Positions 36,510-46,721 of a stretch of 64,000 nt of DNA are shown here, one piece after another. Within the stretch, counting starts at the first letter, position 1. Each line of letters begins with the position of its first letter. The notes under the pieces are model-generated. The model worked only from the letters and a program-made list of their open reading frames with translations, did not search any database and had not been told where the DNA came from. Where the stretch lies: assembly GCA_963814995.1 (NCBI GenBank), contig CAWFFF010000012.1, forward strand, positions 140 through 64,139. Direction: 5' to 3'. Origin of the DNA: an uncultured Actinomycetes bacterium (GTDB lineage: Bacteria; Actinomycetota; Acidimicrobiia; IMCC26256; PALSA-610). A program made the translations under genes and the position numbers.

Positions 36510-37594
36510 GCCCCGCCAAATCGTCCAACCGTGTCCGTGTCGCCATCGCCGGAGTCGGCAACTGCGCGAGCAGCCTGGTGCAGGGCGTCGAGTTCTACCG
36601 GAACGCCGACCCCGAAGAGCGTGTGCCCGGGCTGATGCACGTCGAGTTGGCGGGCTACCACGTCGGCGATATCCAATTCGTCGCCGCGTTCGACGTCGAC
36701 GCCGACAAGGTCGGTCTCGACCTCGGCAAGGCGATCTTCACGAGCATCAACAACACGATCAAGTTCGCAGAGGTCCCCGACCTCAACGTGCGGGTGCAGC
36801 GGGCCCCCACGCTCGACGGGCTCGGCAAGTTCTACCGCGAGGTCGTCGAGGAGTCGCCGGCGCCCCCGGTCGACGTCGCCCAGGCGCTGCGCGACGCGCG
36901 CGCCGACGTGTTGGTGTCGTACCTCCCGGTCGGCTCGGAGGACGCGCAGAAGCACTACGCGCAGGCCTGCCTCGACGCGGGCGTCGCCTTCGTGAACGCG
37001 ATCCCCGTGTTCATCGCGAGCAACCCCGAGTGGGCCAAGAAGTTCGAGGACGCCGGCGTCCCGATCATCGGCGACGACATCAAGAGCCAGGTCGGTGCCA
37101 CGATCACGCACCGCCTCCTCGCCCGCCTCTTCGAGGACCGTGGTCTCGCCATCGACAACACGTACCAGCTGAACTTCGGCGGCAACATGGACTTCAAGAA
37201 CATGCTCGAGCGCGAGCGGTTGCTCTCCAAGAAGATCAGCAAGACGCAGTCGGTCACGAGCCAGATCGACCAGGGCATCAGCTCCGACCACGTGCACATC
37301 GGGCCTTCCGACCACGTGCCGTGGCTGAACGACCGGAAGTGGGCCTACATCCGCATGGAAGGCCGCAACTTCGGTGACGTCCCGCTCAACATCGAGCTCA
37401 AGCTCGAGGTCTGGGACTCCCCCAACTCGGCCGGCGTCATCATCGACGCTGTGCGCTGCGCGAAAGTCGCGATCGACCGCGGGATCGGCGGCCCGCTGCT
37501 CGGGCCGTCGGCGTACTTCATGAAGTCGCCGCCGGTGCAGTACCACGACGACGACGCGCACCGGATGATCGAGGAGTTCGCCGCCGGCGCGTAG
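36506..37594 (+). CDS. ino1: Inositol-3-phosphate synthase
   Basis: [22 protein letters not shown]..., [28 protein letters not shown] and [25 protein letters not shown] upstream. Confidence 0.92.
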   Translation: MSPAKSSNRVRVAIAGVGNCASSLVQGVEFYRNADPEERVPGLMHVELAGYHVGDIQFVAAFDVDADKVGLDLGKAIFTSINNTIKFAEVPDLNVRVQRAPTLDGLGKFYREVVEESPAPPVDVAQALRDARADVLVSYLPVGSEDAQKHYAQACLDAGVAFVNAIPVFIASNPEWAKKFEDAGVPIIGDDIKSQVGATITHRLLARLFEDRGLAIDNTYQLNFGGNMDFKNMLERERLLSKKISKTQSVTSQIDQGISSDHVHIGPSDHVPWLNDRKWAYIRMEGRNFGDVPLNIELKLEVWDSPNSAGVIIDAVRCAKVAIDRGIGGPLLGPSAYFMKSPPVQYHDDDAHRMIEEFAAGA

Positions 37595-37685
37595 CCGTCC
37601 GGCGCGAAACCGCGACCTTCCCGACACGTACAGCCCGTCGCGGGCAGAATGCGCCCATGGCCAAACGACGGTTGGACCTCACCAC

Positions 37686-38417
37686 ATGAACACGGAGGTC
37701 TGGGACCGGATCGCGCAGCAGCGCGGTTCGGACGAGATCGGGTCGGTGCCGGACACGATCTCGTATGCCACCGACGGTCCGACCGAAGCCGACCTGCGGC
37801 TGTGCGGCGAGGTGAGTGGGAAACGCGTGCTCGACCTCGGCACCGGCGCCGGCGCGAACGCGGTCGCGCTCGCGCGGCTCGGTGCGCACGTCATCGCCGT
37901 CGACCGCTCGGTCGCGCAGCTCGCACGGGGGCGAAAGCTCGCGTCCGCCGCCGACGTGCGGGTCGAGTGGCACGAGTGCGACGCCGCCGATCTCGCGTTC
38001 CTGCGGGCCGACTCGATCGACCTCGTCGTCTCGACCGGCATGCTCGGCGAGGTCGAAGACGTCGACCGGCTCCTGCGCCAGGTGCACCGCGTGCTGCGGC
38101 CCGGGTGCGTGTTCGTCTTCTCGTTCGACCATCCGATGGCGCTCGCGGTGGGCCGCGAGGGCGAAGCCCCGGGCGCGCTTCCGCTCGGAACGCTCGAGGT
38201 CCGCCGCTCGTACTTCGACACCGACCCCGTCGAGGTCACCGTCGACGGCGAACGCATCCGAGTCTGGCCGCGCACGATCGCCGACGTGTTCGCATCGCTG
38301 CACCGCGCCGGCTACCGCGTCGAGCTGCTCCTCGAACCGGAGCCGAACGGGGGCGGTGGGCCCGGCCCCGAAGTGCCGCGCACCGTCGTGTGGCGCGCGC
38401 GCAAGGAAGGCGTCTGA
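37686..38417 (+). CDS. Class I SAM-dependent methyltransferase
   Basis: VLDLGTGAGANAVALARLGAHVIAVDRS and LRPGCVFVFS motifs (Methyltransf_11/25 type). Confidence 0.75.
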   Translation: MNTEVWDRIAQQRGSDEIGSVPDTISYATDGPTEADLRLCGEVSGKRVLDLGTGAGANAVALARLGAHVIAVDRSVAQLARGRKLASAADVRVEWHECDAADLAFLRADSIDLVVSTGMLGEVEDVDRLLRQVHRVLRPGCVFVFSFDHPMALAVGREGEAPGALPLGTLEVRRSYFDTDPVEVTVDGERIRVWPRTIADVFASLHRAGYRVELLLEPEPNGGGGPGPEVPRTVVWRARKEGV

Positions 38418-38442
38418 GCGGGCCCGCGCCCACCTACAACAC

Positions 38443-39858
38443 CTAGGCCGGCGGTGTCTCGATCCCCCGCTCGCGCGCCCACTCGGCCAGACGGGCGAAC
38501 GACGCGTCTTCGTCCATGGGTCCTTCTTCGAGGCGCAGCTCCAACAGGAACGACAGCGCGTCGCCGACGATCGGGCCCGGCGGCACCCCGAGGAACTTCA
38601 TCACCCGGTTGCCGTCGAGCGCGGGCCGGATCCGCGCGAGCTCCTCGTGCTCGCGCAGCTCGGCGATGCGCGCCTCGAGCTCGTCCATGCGGCGACCGAG
38701 CGCCGCGGCCTTGCGCGCGTCGCGCGTCGTGCAGTCGCAACGCGTCAGCTCGTTGAGGTCGTCGAGGAGCGGGCCCGCGTCCCGCACGTAGCGGCGTACC
38801 GCGCTGTCGGTCCAGCCCATGCGGTATGTGTGGAACCGGAGATGGAGCTCCACGAGCCGCGCGACGTCGTCGACGAGATCGTTCGAGTACCGCAGCGCGA
38901 GCATCCGCTCGCGGGCCATGCGCGCACCGACGACCTCGTGGTGGTGGAACGTGACGCCCTGGGGCCCGTACCCGCGCGTGCGCGGCTTCCCGACGTCATG
39001 CAGCAGCGCCGAGAGCCGGATCCGCAGGCGCGGCGACGTCTTGGCGACGACCGCGATCGTGTGCGCGAGCACGTCCTTGTGGCGGTGGATCGGATCCTGC
39101 TCGAGCTGCATGGAGTTCAGCTCGGGAAGGAACTCGTTCGCGAGCCCGGTGCGCGAACAGAGCCACAACCCCGATGACGGATCGTCGGCGACGATCAGCT
39201 TCGAGAGCTCGTCACGGATGCGCTCGGCACTGACGATCTTCAGGCGCTCGTGCATCTCCTCGATCGCGTCGACGAGCGCGGGATCGGGCTCGAAGCCCAG
39301 CGTCGCGACGAACCGCGCCGCGCGCAACATCCGCAACGGGTCGTCCTCGAAGGAGACCTCGGGCGCAAGCGGCGTGCGCAGCCGGCGCGCGACCAGGTCG
39401 ATGCGACCGTCGAACGGATCGACGAGCTGCGGGCCCGCGACGTCGGCGTCGTCGAGGGTCATCGCCATCGCGTTGACCGTGAAGTCGCGACGCGAGAGGT
39501 CGACCTCGATGTCGTCGGAGAACCTCACCTCGGGCTTGCGACTCTCGGGCCGGTACACGTCGGCCCGGAAGGTCGTGATCTCGAACCGGTCGCCGTCCTT
39601 CTCGCAGCCGACGGTGCCGAAGCGCTGACCCTGGAGCCACACCGCGTCGGCCCACGGCCGCACCGCGGCCTCGATGGTCTCGGGTCGGGCGTCGGTCGCG
39701 ATGTCGATGTCGACGATGTCGCGGTCGAGGAGCGCATCGCGCACGCTGCCGCCCACGAGATACGCGCGGCTCCCGTCGGCGCGCAGTCGCGCCGCGAGCT
39801 GCTGGGTCGGCGAATCCGGAACGAAGAAGCGTTCGAGCCGGGCGGGAACGGCGGTCAC
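38443..39858 (-). CDS. cca: CCA tRNA nucleotidyltransferase
   Basis: YLVGGSVRDALLDR..DIDIAT (pol-beta NTase motif), RDFTVNAM and the HD region LLHDVGKP. GTG start. Confidence 0.85.
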   Translation of the reverse strand: MTAVPARLERFFVPDSPTQQLAARLRADGSRAYLVGGSVRDALLDRDIVDIDIATDARPETIEAAVRPWADAVWLQGQRFGTVGCEKDGDRFEITTFRADVYRPESRKPEVRFSDDIEVDLSRRDFTVNAMAMTLDDADVAGPQLVDPFDGRIDLVARRLRTPLAPEVSFEDDPLRMLRAARFVATLGFEPDPALVDAIEEMHERLKIVSAERIRDELSKLIVADDPSSGLWLCSRTGLANEFLPELNSMQLEQDPIHRHKDVLAHTIAVVAKTSPRLRIRLSALLHDVGKPRTRGYGPQGVTFHHHEVVGARMARERMLALRYSNDLVDDVARLVELHLRFHTYRMGWTDSAVRRYVRDAGPLLDDLNELTRCDCTTRDARKAAALGRRMDELEARIAELREHEELARIRPALDGNRVMKFLGVPPGPIVGDALSFLLELRLEEGPMDEDASFARLAEWARERGIETPPA

Positions 39859-39900
39859 AGCCGCCCATTGTGGCGCGGGGCGGCGAACCCGCTCGATTAC

Positions 39901-41013
39901 TTACTGCCCGGCGGCGGCCTGCTCCGCGGCGAGCTCCATCGTGTACTGCTCGATCATGAGCCGGAGGTCGTGCGGGGTGGTCGACGCCGCGATGGCCTCG
40001 CGGAGATCGATCGTGCCGTTGCGGTAGAGCCCGAGCAGGCTCTGGTCGAACGTCTGCATGCCGTAGTACTCGCCCTCGGCGATGATCGTCTCGATCTCGT
40101 GGGTCTCGTCGGCGTTGACGATCTTGTCGAAGACCCGGCCGGTCGACACCAGCACCTCCACCGCCGGTGCGCGCCCACCCTCGCGCTTCTCGACGAGGCG
40201 CTGGCTGACGATGCCCCGCAGCGACGACGCCAGCGACATGCGCACCTGGCGCTGCTCGTGCGGCGGGAAGAAGTCGATGATGCGGTTGATCGAGTCGGTG
40301 GCGCTGATGGTGTGCAGGGTCGAGAACACGAGGTGACCGGTCTCGGCCGCGGTCAGCGCGGTCTTCACCGTCGCGACGTCGCGCACCTCACCCACGAGGA
40401 TGACGTCGGGGTCCTGGCGGAGCACCCGCTTCAACGCGGAGTGGAAGTCGGCGGTGTCGGTGCCGACCTCACGCTGGTTCACGATCGAGCACTTGTCGGC
40501 GTGCAGGATCTCGATCGGATCCTCGATCGTCACGATGTGACGGTTGTAGTTGTCGTTGATGAAGTCGATCATCGACCCGAGCGTCGTCGTCTTGCCCGAG
40601 CCCGTCGGTCCGGTCACGAGGATGAGCCCGCGCTGGTGATCGGTGAGCTTGCGGATGACCGGCGGCAGACCGAGCGCCTCGAACGACGGGATGTCGCTCT
40701 GCACGCGCCGGAGCACGAGACCGACGGAGCCGCGCTGGCGCATCACGTTCACGCGGAACCGACCGAGACCGTTGACCGAGTACGCGAAGTCGGCCTCGGA
40801 GCTCGCGATGAACTCCTCCGCGCGTTGCTTCGGCATGATCGCGAAGGCGATGCGCTCCGTCTCGACGGGAGAGACCGCGGCGACGTCGGTGCGTTCGAGA
40901 CGGCCGTCGATGCGGACGAAGGGCGGCGAACCGACCTTGATGTGGACGTCCGAGGCGCCCCGTTCGACCGCGTTCCGCAACAGCTGATCCAGATCCAACA
41001 CGGGCGCGACCAT
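39901..41013 (-). CDS. pilT: Type IV pilus retraction ATPase PilT-like
   Basis: ASDVHIKVGSPP, Walker A GPTGSGKTTT, ITIEDPIE, VILVGEVRD and TGHLVFSTLHT. Confidence 0.85.
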   Translation of the reverse strand: MVAPVLDLDQLLRNAVERGASDVHIKVGSPPFVRIDGRLERTDVAAVSPVETERIAFAIMPKQRAEEFIASSEADFAYSVNGLGRFRVNVMRQRGSVGLVLRRVQSDIPSFEALGLPPVIRKLTDHQRGLILVTGPTGSGKTTTLGSMIDFINDNYNRHIVTIEDPIEILHADKCSIVNQREVGTDTADFHSALKRVLRQDPDVILVGEVRDVATVKTALTAAETGHLVFSTLHTISATDSINRIIDFFPPHEQRQVRMSLASSLRGIVSQRLVEKREGGRAPAVEVLVSTGRVFDKIVNADETHEIETIIAEGEYYGMQTFDQSLLGLYRNGTIDLREAIAASTTPHDLRLMIEQYTMELAAEQAAAGQ

Positions 41014-41123
41014 CCTTCTCGAACTGTGGCTTCCCCTCGCGCAGGTGCCGTGTTCCCGGCCCTACCCGTTGTCGATCGGCACGAGCAGCCCGGCTCTGGA
41101 GCCGAGGCGGGCGGGAAATGTGC

Positions 41124-42140
41124 TCAATCGGTCGACAAGGGCCCCGCGGCGTGCAGATCGCGGACCGCGTGCACCACCGTGCGGCCCGGGCCGCCCGACG
41201 TCGCGGGCTCGATCCGATCCGGCTCGCCGATCAGCGTGGAGACGGTCGCCGCGGTCGAGTCCCGCAGCGCGGCGAGGTCGTAGCCGCCCTCGAGGAACAC
41301 GACGAGCCGCCCGGGCGCGGCGAGGGCCATGATGCGAGCGGTGAGGTCGGCGTAGTCGCCCGCAGCCAGGCCGAGACCGGTCAACGGATCCTCCCGGTGG
41401 GCGTCGTAGCCCGCCGAGACCAGCACCCACGTCGGGGCGAACGCCGCCGCGAGCGGCGCGACGACCGAATCCACCGCGTCGAGATAGACGTCGCCGGTGG
41501 CGCCGGCGGGCAACGGGAAGTTGACCGTCGTGCCCACACCTGCGCCCGCGCCCGCGTCGTGGAGGCGCCCGGTGCCGGGGTACAACGGCCACTCGTGCAT
41601 CGACACGTACATGACCGCCGGGTCCTCGTAGAAGATGTCCTGGGTGCCGTTGCCGTGATGCGCGTCCCAGTCGACGATCAACACGCGCTCGCCCCGGTCT
41701 CGCAACGCGGCCGCGGTCACGGCGACGTTGTTGATGAGACAGAACCCCATCGCGCCGTCTGCGACGGCGTGGTGGCCGGGCGGTCGGACGGCGCAGAACG
41801 CGAAGTCGCCGTCGCCGCGCCCGAGCGCGTCGACCGCCTCGAGCCCGCTCCCGGCGGCGAGGAGCGCGGCCTCCCAGGACGCGGTCGACGCACCGGTGTC
41901 GGCGTCGAGGTGGCCGCCACCCGCGGCGCAGAAGCGCTCGAGCCGGTCGAGGTACGCCGCCGTGTGCACGCGGCCGAGCTCCTCCGGCGTGGCGCGGCGC
42001 GGCTCCAGCCGCCGCCGGGCCTCCGGCGGGGCGCCGATGTCGAGTCCGTCGAGGACGGCCCGGACTCGCGCCGGACGCTCGGGATGGCTCCTCCCGGCGT
42101 CGTGCGCTTCGAAGTGGGCGTCCGTCGCGACGAGCAGCAC
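41124..42140 (-). CDS. Histone deacetylase-family (AcuC/Aph-like) deacetylase
   Basis: HPERPARV, RPPGHHA, DWDAHHGNGTQ and EGGY motifs. Confidence 0.85.
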   Translation of the reverse strand: MLLVATDAHFEAHDAGRSHPERPARVRAVLDGLDIGAPPEARRRLEPRRATPEELGRVHTAAYLDRLERFCAAGGGHLDADTGASTASWEAALLAAGSGLEAVDALGRGDGDFAFCAVRPPGHHAVADGAMGFCLINNVAVTAAALRDRGERVLIVDWDAHHGNGTQDIFYEDPAVMYVSMHEWPLYPGTGRLHDAGAGAGVGTTVNFPLPAGATGDVYLDAVDSVVAPLAAAFAPTWVLVSAGYDAHREDPLTGLGLAAGDYADLTARIMALAAPGRLVVFLEGGYDLAALRDSTAATVSTLIGEPDRIEPATSGGPGRTVVHAVRDLHAAGPLSTD

Positions 42141-42208
42141 CCTCCGAGGCTAACGAACGCGGGGCTTGGACCGTCCGGGGACCGTTCCCGTCGCTACGCT
42201 CGCCGCCG

Positions 42209-42910
42209 GTGAAGGCGCATCGGGCGCAGTCGTACCGGTTTCGTGGCGGCGTGGCGCGCATCGCGGCGTGGCACGGCCGAGCCGACGTCGCGTCCCTTGC
42301 TCTGCACGGACCCGACGCCCCTTCGCCGCGCGCGCTCCACCGGCTGCTCGAACGGATGCAGCAGGCGGGCTACCGCGAAGTCGTGACGAACGCGCTCGGC
42401 CCCGGGGCGAGCCTCCCCCTTGTCGACTTCGGCTTCGCGGTCCGCGGTCGCCTGCATCTCCTCGTTCACGACCTCGCGGGCTTGCCGGCCCAGACGCACC
42501 GCACCCGGCGGGCGGCCCGCAGCGATCGGGCGTCGCTGCTCGAGGCCGATGCCGCCGCGTTCGACGAGTTCTGGCGGTTCGACGCCCTCGACCTGCGCGA
42601 AGCGGCGCGGGCGACGCCGCGGGCCCACACCCGCGTCGCACCGGCCGCGCACGAACCCCACGGTTACGGGTTGTTCGGGCGGTCGGGCATCGCCGGCTAC
42701 GTGCAGCGGCTGGCGGTCGCGCCCGAGGCGCAGCACCAGGGCCTCGGCCACGCGTTGCTGGTCGACGGGCTCCGATGGCTACGGGCTCACGGCGCGAATT
42801 GCGCGTACGTCAACACCCAAGAGGACAACGAGCGCGCGCTGGCTTTGTATCTCCGGTCGGGCTTCCGCCAGCTGCCGGTCGGCCTCAACGTGCTCGGTCG
42901 AGAGTTGTGA
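42209..42910 (+). CDS. GNAT family N-acetyltransferase
   Basis: The C-terminal YVQRLAVAPEAQHQGLGHALLVDGLRWLRAHGANCAYVNTQEDNERALALYLRSGF is an acetyl-CoA-binding motif A/B. Confidence 0.8.
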   Translation: MKAHRAQSYRFRGGVARIAAWHGRADVASLALHGPDAPSPRALHRLLERMQQAGYREVVTNALGPGASLPLVDFGFAVRGRLHLLVHDLAGLPAQTHRTRRAARSDRASLLEADAAAFDEFWRFDALDLREAARATPRAHTRVAPAAHEPHGYGLFGRSGIAGYVQRLAVAPEAQHQGLGHALLVDGLRWLRAHGANCAYVNTQEDNERALALYLRSGFRQLPVGLNVLGREL

Positions 42911-44982
42911 GACGCAATCTCGGCCGGGCCGTCGCCGTCGCCGCCGCGATGGTCGCAAGCCTCGGGACCTTCGCCGCCGGCGGCACGTCGCGCGCCGGAG
43001 CGCAAGAGACGACGACATCGGTAGCCACCGCCAAACCACTGCCGGTCGGACTCAGCCTCGTCAGCCAGAGCACCTGGGTCGGGCTGCGGCAGACCTTCGC
43101 GATGACGCTGCACATCGACAACCCCGCGCTCGCGAACCGACCGGGCGCGCAGATCTCCCTCCGCATCGACCAATCGCGGACGTCGCGCAGCGGGTTCCAA
43201 GAGGTCATCGACCATGGCGACCCCGGGGACACGCTCTACCAGACCGCGATCTCCGTCTCGTCACTCCGACCCGACGCGAAGGGCGACGTCCGAATCACCT
43301 TCGGACTCCTGAACTCGGGGGTGCAGCCCACGATCCGCATCGGCCAGCCGGGCGTGTACCCGGTCGTGGTGCAACTCGTGAACACCGGGGTCGCGTCGGG
43401 ATCGTTCGTGACCTGGCTCGTCGTGGTCGACACCCGGACGCCGACGCCCATCGACAAGAAGCTCTCCGTCGCCTTCGTCGTGCCGGCCGTGGCCAACCCG
43501 ATCGTGCTGCCCACGGGCAGCGACGATCCCAAGGTCGTCGCCGAGATGAACACGAACGGCCGCCTCGACAAGATCGCGACGCTCCTCGCCCGCGCATCCG
43601 GACTGCGGTTGTCGCTCGCGCCCAGCCCGGAGACGGCCGTGGCCTGGAAACGCCTCGCGGCTCGCGACCCGGGTATCAAGCGGTCGTTCACGGCGCTGCG
43701 CGCGGCGGTCATCCGCACGAACACCGAGGTCCTGCCCGCGCCCTACGTGCCGATCGACGCCGCGTCACTCGAGGCCGCCGGTCTCGGGACCTACCTGGCG
43801 GGCGAGTACGCGCAGGGCGCGACCTCGATGCGCGCGGCGTTCGGCGTGAACCCCGCAGCGACCTCGCAGTCGACGTTCATCGACCCGGTGCCGACCAGCG
43901 ACGCGGCCGTCGACGGGCTGAACAACATGCTCATCGACCGGGTCGCCGTGCGCGAACAAGCCCTGATCTCCGTCAACCACCCGTTCTCTCCCGCGCAGAC
44001 GTTCGTGCTCGATACCGCGGGCGGCGAGTCCCGCGCGGTCGCGACCGCGCCGTACCTCGAAGACCTGCTCGAGGGGCATGATCCGAGCGCGCTGCGGGCG
44101 CAACGCTTCGTGGCCGCGCTCGCGGAGGTCGCGTACGAGGCTCCGGCCATCGCCCGCGGCGTCGTCGTCGCCCCGCCCGAACGTTGGAATCCGGATCTTC
44201 GCACGATGCAGACGGTGTTCTCGGCCCTCGGCACCCTGCCCCTCGTCCAGTCTGCGACGCTCGACGACATCTTCGCGACCGTCTCGAACGAGCAGGCCCT
44301 CGGTACCAACGTGCAGCGGCGGCTGGTCTCCGGTACACCGGCGGCCGCGCCCGTCCGCGCCGAGCAGTACCTCACGACCGCCAGCGAGCTGGCCGCGTAC
44401 CGCGAGGTGGTGGGCGCGAAGGATCCGATCGTCGCGAAAGGGAAGGCCGCGCTGCTGACCACGCTGTCGACGAGCATGTCCCCGGCCCGGGTGCAGAGCG
44501 AGTTGGCCGAGATCGACGTCGCGGTGCGGTCGTTCACTGCGGGCGTGCGCGCCGACGAGAAGCGCATCACGCTCACCTCGCGTCGGGCCGACGTGCCGTT
44601 GACGTTCGAGAACGATCTGAAACCGGCGCGCGACGTGACCGTCCGCGTGCATCTCGAGAGCTCCAAGATGCTCTTCCCGAAGGGTGCAGACCGCCAGGTC
44701 ACGCTGAAGCCCGGAAGCAACACCATCCGCTTCGACGTCGAGGCGCGCGCGTCGGGAACGTTCCCGATGACGATCACCGTCACGTCGCCGGACGGCCAGC
44801 TGAAGTTCGGTGCGCCCGTCCAGGTGACGGTTCGCTCCGCGGTGTTCGGGGGTTGGGCGGTCGGCGTGACGGTCGCCGCGCTCGTGTTCCTCGCCGGTTG
44901 GTGGGCGAACCAATTCCGCAGGACGCGCCGGAACCGGCGCGCGGAGCGGCGGCAGTCGCAGGCTCCCGCGCCCGCTACGTGA
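42907..44982 (+). CDS. DUF6049-like secreted/membrane-anchored protein (the conserved gene preceding murJ in actinomycetes)
   Basis: The GTG overlaps the GNAT stop (GTGA). It has a signal-like N-terminus VRRNLGRAVAVAAAMVASLGTFAAG, a large extracytoplasmic body and a C-terminal TM helix with a basic tail. The stop overlaps the murJ GTG. Confidence 0.65.
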   Translation: MRRNLGRAVAVAAAMVASLGTFAAGGTSRAGAQETTTSVATAKPLPVGLSLVSQSTWVGLRQTFAMTLHIDNPALANRPGAQISLRIDQSRTSRSGFQEVIDHGDPGDTLYQTAISVSSLRPDAKGDVRITFGLLNSGVQPTIRIGQPGVYPVVVQLVNTGVASGSFVTWLVVVDTRTPTPIDKKLSVAFVVPAVANPIVLPTGSDDPKVVAEMNTNGRLDKIATLLARASGLRLSLAPSPETAVAWKRLAARDPGIKRSFTALRAAVIRTNTEVLPAPYVPIDAASLEAAGLGTYLAGEYAQGATSMRAAFGVNPAATSQSTFIDPVPTSDAAVDGLNNMLIDRVAVREQALISVNHPFSPAQTFVLDTAGGESRAVATAPYLEDLLEGHDPSALRAQRFVAALAEVAYEAPAIARGVVVAPPERWNPDLRTMQTVFSALGTLPLVQSATLDDIFATVSNEQALGTNVQRRLVSGTPAAAPVRAEQYLTTASELAAYREVVGAKDPIVAKGKAALLTTLSTSMSPARVQSELAEIDVAVRSFTAGVRADEKRITLTSRRADVPLTFENDLKPARDVTVRVHLESSKMLFPKGADRQVTLKPGSNTIRFDVEARASGTFPMTITVTSPDGQLKFGAPVQVTVRSAVFGGWAVGVTVAALVFLAGWWANQFRRTRRNRRAERRQSQAPAPAT

Positions 44983-46607
44983 GCGCCGCGCTCGACGATC
45001 AGGGCCAGGGGCGCGCCGGGCTCGCCCGGTCGAGCGCGGCCGTCGCCGCGGGGACGATGCTCTCACGGCTGACCGGACTCCTGCGCGTCGTCGTGCTGGC
45101 CGCGGCCATCGGCAAGGAGTCCCTCGCCGACACGTACAACCTCGCGAACATCACGCCGAACATCGTGTACGAGCTGCTGGTCGGGGGCGTGCTCGCCGCG
45201 ACGCTCGTGCCCGTCTTCGTCGACCTGTTGGGGCATCGCAACGAACGATCGACGTCGGCCGTCTTCAGCGTCACGATGTCCGGTCTGACGCTGTTCACCG
45301 CGGCGACGATGCTCCTGTCGCCGCTGCTCGCGCGCCTGTTCGTGCTGCACGAGCACGGTCCGGATCGCTCCGCCCAATTGCACGTGCTGACCGTGCTGAT
45401 CCTCTGCTTCGTCCCGCAGATGATCTTCTACGGCTTCACCACGCTGGCGAGCGCGCTCCTCAACGCCCGTCACCGCTTCGTCGCCGCAGCGTTCGCGCCG
45501 GTACTCAACAACGTGGTCGTCATCGTCGCGTTGCTCGTCTTCGTCACGCGCACGTCGGGACGACACTCCACGATCACCGACGTCGCGCACGTGCGCAACG
45601 ACCTCGGGCTCTTGTTGCTCCTCGGTATCGGCACCACGGTCGGCATCGTCGTGATGGCACTCGTGCTCGTCCCGGCGGTCGCGCGTGCCGGCGTGCGGCT
45701 GCGATTCGTCCTCTCGTGGCGCGACCCGGCGATCAAGCGGATCGTCCGCCTGTCGGGGTGGACGATGGGCTACGTCGTGACCAACCAGCTGGCGCAGCTG
45801 TTCGTCCTCGTCCTCGCCAACAGCTCGTCGGGGAACGTCTCCGCGTATGTCTACGCCTTCACGTTCTATGTCGTCCCCCACGGCCTGCTCGCGGTCTCGA
45901 TCATGACGACGATGACGCCGAACCTCGCGCGCCGGGCCCGCGACAGGGACCGCGAAGGGCTGCGCCGCGAGTTCGGGCTGGGACTGCGGTTCATCGTCGT
46001 GCTCGTACTCCCGGCCTCGGTCTTGTTCGCCGTCCTCGCGCAACCGATGCTCGCGGTCATCGTGCGGCACCAGTTCACCGCGCACGACGCGGTCGTGACC
46101 GCCGACACGCTGCAGGCCTTCGCGATCAGCCTCGTACCGTTCTCCGTCTACCTCTATGTGATGCGCGCGTTCTACGCGCTGCAGGACACGCGCACGCCGT
46201 TCGTACTGAACGCATTCGAGAACGGCCTGAACGTCGTGCTCGCCGTCGCCCTCTTCTCGGGACTCGGCGTGCAGGGGCTCGCGCTCGCGTGGAGCGGCGC
46301 CTACCTGGCCGCCGCCGTCGTCGCGCTCGTCGTCCTGCGCCGCCGGATCGGCGGTATCCCCGACGCGGACGCCCTGCGATCGACCCTGCGCGCGGGCGTC
46401 GCGGCACTGGCCATGGGTGTGGTCGCCGCTCCCATCGCCAGCGCGATCGGGCGTTCGTCACCGGCTTCGGCCCTGCTCGCCACCGCCGTCGCGGGCGCCG
46501 CCGGTTCGATCGCGTACGTCGGGGGACTGGTCCTGATGCGCTCCACCGAGCTCACCTCTCTCGTCGCGCTGGTCCGTGGGCGTGGCGCCGCGGCTCGTGA
46601 CGTGTGA
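44979..46607 (+). CDS. murJ: Lipid II flippase MurJ (MviN)
   Basis: AAGTMLSRLTGLLRVVVLAAAIGKESLADTYNLANITPNIVYELLVGGVL... in a polytopic protein of about 542 aa. The upstream part of the track ORF (44184-44978) is Arg-rich overlap. Confidence 0.85.
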   Translation: MSAALDDQGQGRAGLARSSAAVAAGTMLSRLTGLLRVVVLAAAIGKESLADTYNLANITPNIVYELLVGGVLAATLVPVFVDLLGHRNERSTSAVFSVTMSGLTLFTAATMLLSPLLARLFVLHEHGPDRSAQLHVLTVLILCFVPQMIFYGFTTLASALLNARHRFVAAAFAPVLNNVVVIVALLVFVTRTSGRHSTITDVAHVRNDLGLLLLLGIGTTVGIVVMALVLVPAVARAGVRLRFVLSWRDPAIKRIVRLSGWTMGYVVTNQLAQLFVLVLANSSSGNVSAYVYAFTFYVVPHGLLAVSIMTTMTPNLARRARDRDREGLRREFGLGLRFIVVLVLPASVLFAVLAQPMLAVIVRHQFTAHDAVVTADTLQAFAISLVPFSVYLYVMRAFYALQDTRTPFVLNAFENGLNVVLAVALFSGLGVQGLALAWSGAYLAAAVVALVVLRRRIGGIPDADALRSTLRAGVAALAMGVVAAPIASAIGRSSPASALLATAVAGAAGSIAYVGGLVLMRSTELTSLVALVRGRGAAARDV

Positions 46608-46721
46608 CCCCCGCCCCCCGCCCCCGTGTAACCCCATCCCCGCGGCTACGTGTAACGATGGTGGAGACGCGGGGATCGGATCTCCGGTGCCCGTGCTGAC
46701 CAGCCAACCGAAGGAGTACGC

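Noticed and set aside
42166-42906. Upstream extension of the DUF6049 ORF (track ORF 42166..44982), and likewise 44184..44978 for murJ
   Set aside because: The extensions are Arg/Pro-rich and lie out of frame over the GNAT and DUF6049 genes. GTG starts overlapping the preceding stops (GTGA), followed at once by signal-peptide or MurJ N-terminal motifs, are far more plausible.
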